A stretch of DNA of 64,000 nucleotides from Anolis carolinensis (lineage: Eukaryota): the NCBI RefSeq assembly GCF_035594765.1, contig NW_026943826.1:12379325-12443324 (forward strand), given 5' to 3'. Positions 61,196 through 64,000 of this stretch are shown one piece after another (position 1 is the stretch's first letter; each line of letters begins with the position of its first letter). A program made the position numbers and the translations under genes. The notes beneath the pieces are model-generated. The model had not been told where the DNA came from. It did not search any database and was given only the letters and a program-made list of their open reading frames with translations.

Positions 61196-62620
61196 TCTAT
61201 ATATATAAAATGATAAAGTTGTTTGCGCAGTGACTATAACAACAAAACTAAACATCCCAGAAATACGAAATTTGGCAACACAATGTAAAAGGCTTGCCTC
61301 CAGGTTACAACAACACAACCACACCACAAAACCACAATCCAGACCCACAAAACTCACAACAACGCATCATGCGATAACAACACAACTAAACGCCCCAGAA
61401 ATACAAAACTTGGCAACACAATGCAAAAGCCTTGCCCCCCAGTTGTAACAACACAACCACACCACAAAATCACACAGGACCCACAAAACTCACAACGCAT
61501 CGTGACTATAACAACACAACTAAACGCCCCAGAAATACGAAACTTGGCAACACAACGCAAAAGTTCCCTCCAGGTTGTAACAACACAACCACACCACAAA
61601 ACCACAATCCGGACCCACAAAACTCACAACAATGCATCGTGACTATAACAACACAACTAAACGCCCCAGAAATACGAAACTTGGCAACACAACGCAAAAG
61701 TTCCCTCCCGGTTGTAACAACACAACCACACCACAAAACCACAATCCGGACCCACAAAACTCACAACAATGCATCGTGACTATAACAACACAACTAAACG
61801 CCCCAGAAATACGAAACTTGGCACACAACTAAACGCCCCAGAAATATAAAACTTGACAACACAACGCAAAAGCCTTGCCTCCCGGTTGTAACAACACAAC
61901 CACACCACAAAACCACAATCCAGACCCACAAAACTCACAACAATGCATCGTGACTATAACAACACAACTAAATGCCCCAGAAATACAAAACTTGGCAACA
62001 CAACACAAAAGCCTTGCCTCTCAGTTGTAACAACATAACCACACCACAAAATCTGGACCCACAAAACTCACAACAACGCATTGTGACTATAACAAATACA
62101 AAATTTGACAACACAACTCATCCACCTCCCCAATCCCTACATTCACACTTGGCCTCCAAAAAAACAATTACAATAATAACAATGACAACAACAACAATAA
62201 GAATCAACACCATCACAGGCAAGAAACAGCCAGGCACTGAGGCTGAGAGGCCAGTCAGTGCTACACTGGGCCTCCAAAAAACAATACAGTAGCATCCAAC
62301 TTATCCAACCTTCATGACCACAACAACAACAATAATAATAAACACCTACACAGGCAAAACAAAAGAAAGACTATTGTACCACAATAAAAATATAAACCGC
62401 ACTCAGCAGAATCAGACATTACAACTAACAACAAACCAAAGACAACAGGGATCTCAAGCAATTATCAATCAACACAAAAATTGAAGAAGGTAACAGACTT
62501 CAAATACTACGACTAATGTGAGTATAAAGAAGGTGGAGGTCACAGCATCAATACAACCTAATGTAGACTGACCAACACCACCAGACTCAGCCACAGCAAC
62601 ACGTGGCCGGGCACAGCTAG
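61196..62620 (+). mobile_element. Non-autonomous Helitron expanded by ~137-bp internal tandem repeats
   Basis: A|TCTATATATATAAAA start; GCCACAGCAACACGTGGCCGGGCACAGCTAG|T end; internal CAACACAACTAAACGCCCCAGAAATACGAAACTTGG repeats. Confidence 0.8.
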
Positions 62621-62639
62621 TAATAATAATAATAATAAT

Positions 62640-63065
62640 AAAACTTTATTTATACCCCGCCACCATCTCCCCAACGGGGACTCGGGGCGGCTTACATGGG
62701 GCCATGCCCAGACACCATACAATATAACAAAATAAAACAACATATCATAACACAATATAACAGTGCAAAAATAATCATATACATTACAGCACAAATCAGA
62801 GAAAACAGTAAAAAACAGGGCGGGCCACATGAACACTTAATTAAAAACTCGGGAGAGAGAGGCATACGAATAAAGGGAACAGGGATATAAAATGGTGGAG
62901 CAGTCTAAAGGATAGAATCCAAGGGGAATAACCAAAGAGGTATATCACATTTACTCCCCAAAGGCACATCGGAAAAGCCATGTTTTTAGATCTTTCTTAA
63001 AGGCTAACAAGGTGGGGGCTTGCCTGATCTCAGTGGGCAGTGAATTCCACAGTCGGGGGGTCATA
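62640..63065 (-). mobile_element. L2 LINE 3' fragment
   Basis: PRLWNSLPTEIRQAPTLLAFKKDLKTWLF (L2 ORF2 C-terminus) followed by 3' UTR and (TTA)n tail. Confidence 0.8.
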
Positions 63066-63068
63066 GAA

Positions 63069-63123
<55 letters not shown>

Positions 63124-63226
63124 TAGAGTTGGAAGAGATCCCAAAGGACATCCGGTTTAACCTTCTTCCACTAGGCAGGAAAAGCACCAACTCTATATTA
63201 TTATTATTATTATTATTATTTTATTA

Positions 63227-63640
63227 TGACACAGCAAACAAGATAGACATGCTGAATTTCGTATCACAAAATCACAATAATCATAATAATAAGTGTCTAG
63301 GAGTCTGTGTCTAGGGAAGTGTCTAGGAGTCTGTGATGTATTTTCAGATGATGCATGCAGATCCCAGTAGGGTGGCCTTTTGCATTTATTATTATTATTA
63401 TTTTATTATGACACAGCAAACAAGATAGACATGCTGAATTTCGTATCACAAAATCACAAGTCGAACACTTCCCAAGTGTCTAGGACTCTGTGATGTATTT
63501 TCGGATGATGCATGCAGATCCCTGTCGGGTGGCCTTTTGCAGTTGGCAGATCGTAATGTTATCAATGTCTATTGTTTCCAAATGCCAGCTGAGATCTTTT
63601 GGAAACAATAGACATTGACAAAATTACGATCTGCCAACTC
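63227..63640 (-). mobile_element. R4/Dong-clade 3' fragments (two partial copies)
   Basis: Same sequence as 23822-23996, within (TAA)n tracts. Confidence 0.7.
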
Positions 63641-63643
63641 GTA

Positions 63644-63697
<54 letters not shown>

Positions 63698-63821
63698 AAA
63701 GGCATATTATTATTAGTAGTAGTAGTAGTAGTATTACAAGGGCTGGATGGCCATCTGTCAGGGGTGCTTTGATTGTGCTTAGACTAAATGGCCTTTGGGA
63801 TGTCTTCCATCTCTAGGATTC

Positions 63822-63870
<49 letters not shown>

Positions 63871-64000
63871 TATGCTTTTCTGGTTCTGGTTTTAATGCGA
63901 CAGGATCTTGGTAGTTCTAGTTCCAAAGGGACGGAATATCAGGAGTTCTGGTTTTAATGTGATGGGATCTTGGGAGTTCTAGTTCTAATGTGATGGGATC

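Overview
Eukaryotic (squamate, Anolis-like lizard; inferred from Sauria-type SINEs, CR1/L2/R4 LINEs and Helitrons) genomic window with assembly gaps, syntenic with the human 1p36.21 FHAD1-EFHD2-CTRC-CELA2-CASP9-DNAJC16 block. Spliced genes reconstructed by hand from GT-AG junctions: 3' part of FHAD1 (+), an intact TAS1R1-like taste receptor (-, 7 exons, 845 aa), CTRC-like protease (-), EFHD2 (-), CELA2-like elastase (+), CASP9 (-) and the first coding exon of DNAJC16 (+). Introns are packed with tandem repeats and TE fragments. Most notable: (1) a probable solo LTR in CASP9 intron 1 whose 5' end encodes a 137-aa acidic ORF with a LEDGF/TND-binding motif ([15 protein letters not shown]) very like the CDCA7L/JPO2 motif, suggesting a retrotransposon host-tethering module; (2) the TAS1R1-like gene sits at a non-canonical locus next to an apparent inversion breakpoint, has an extra CR1-derived 83-bp intron, and appears to take its last splice acceptor from a Helitron 5' terminus. 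Family assignments rely on remembered sequence features, not on database searches.
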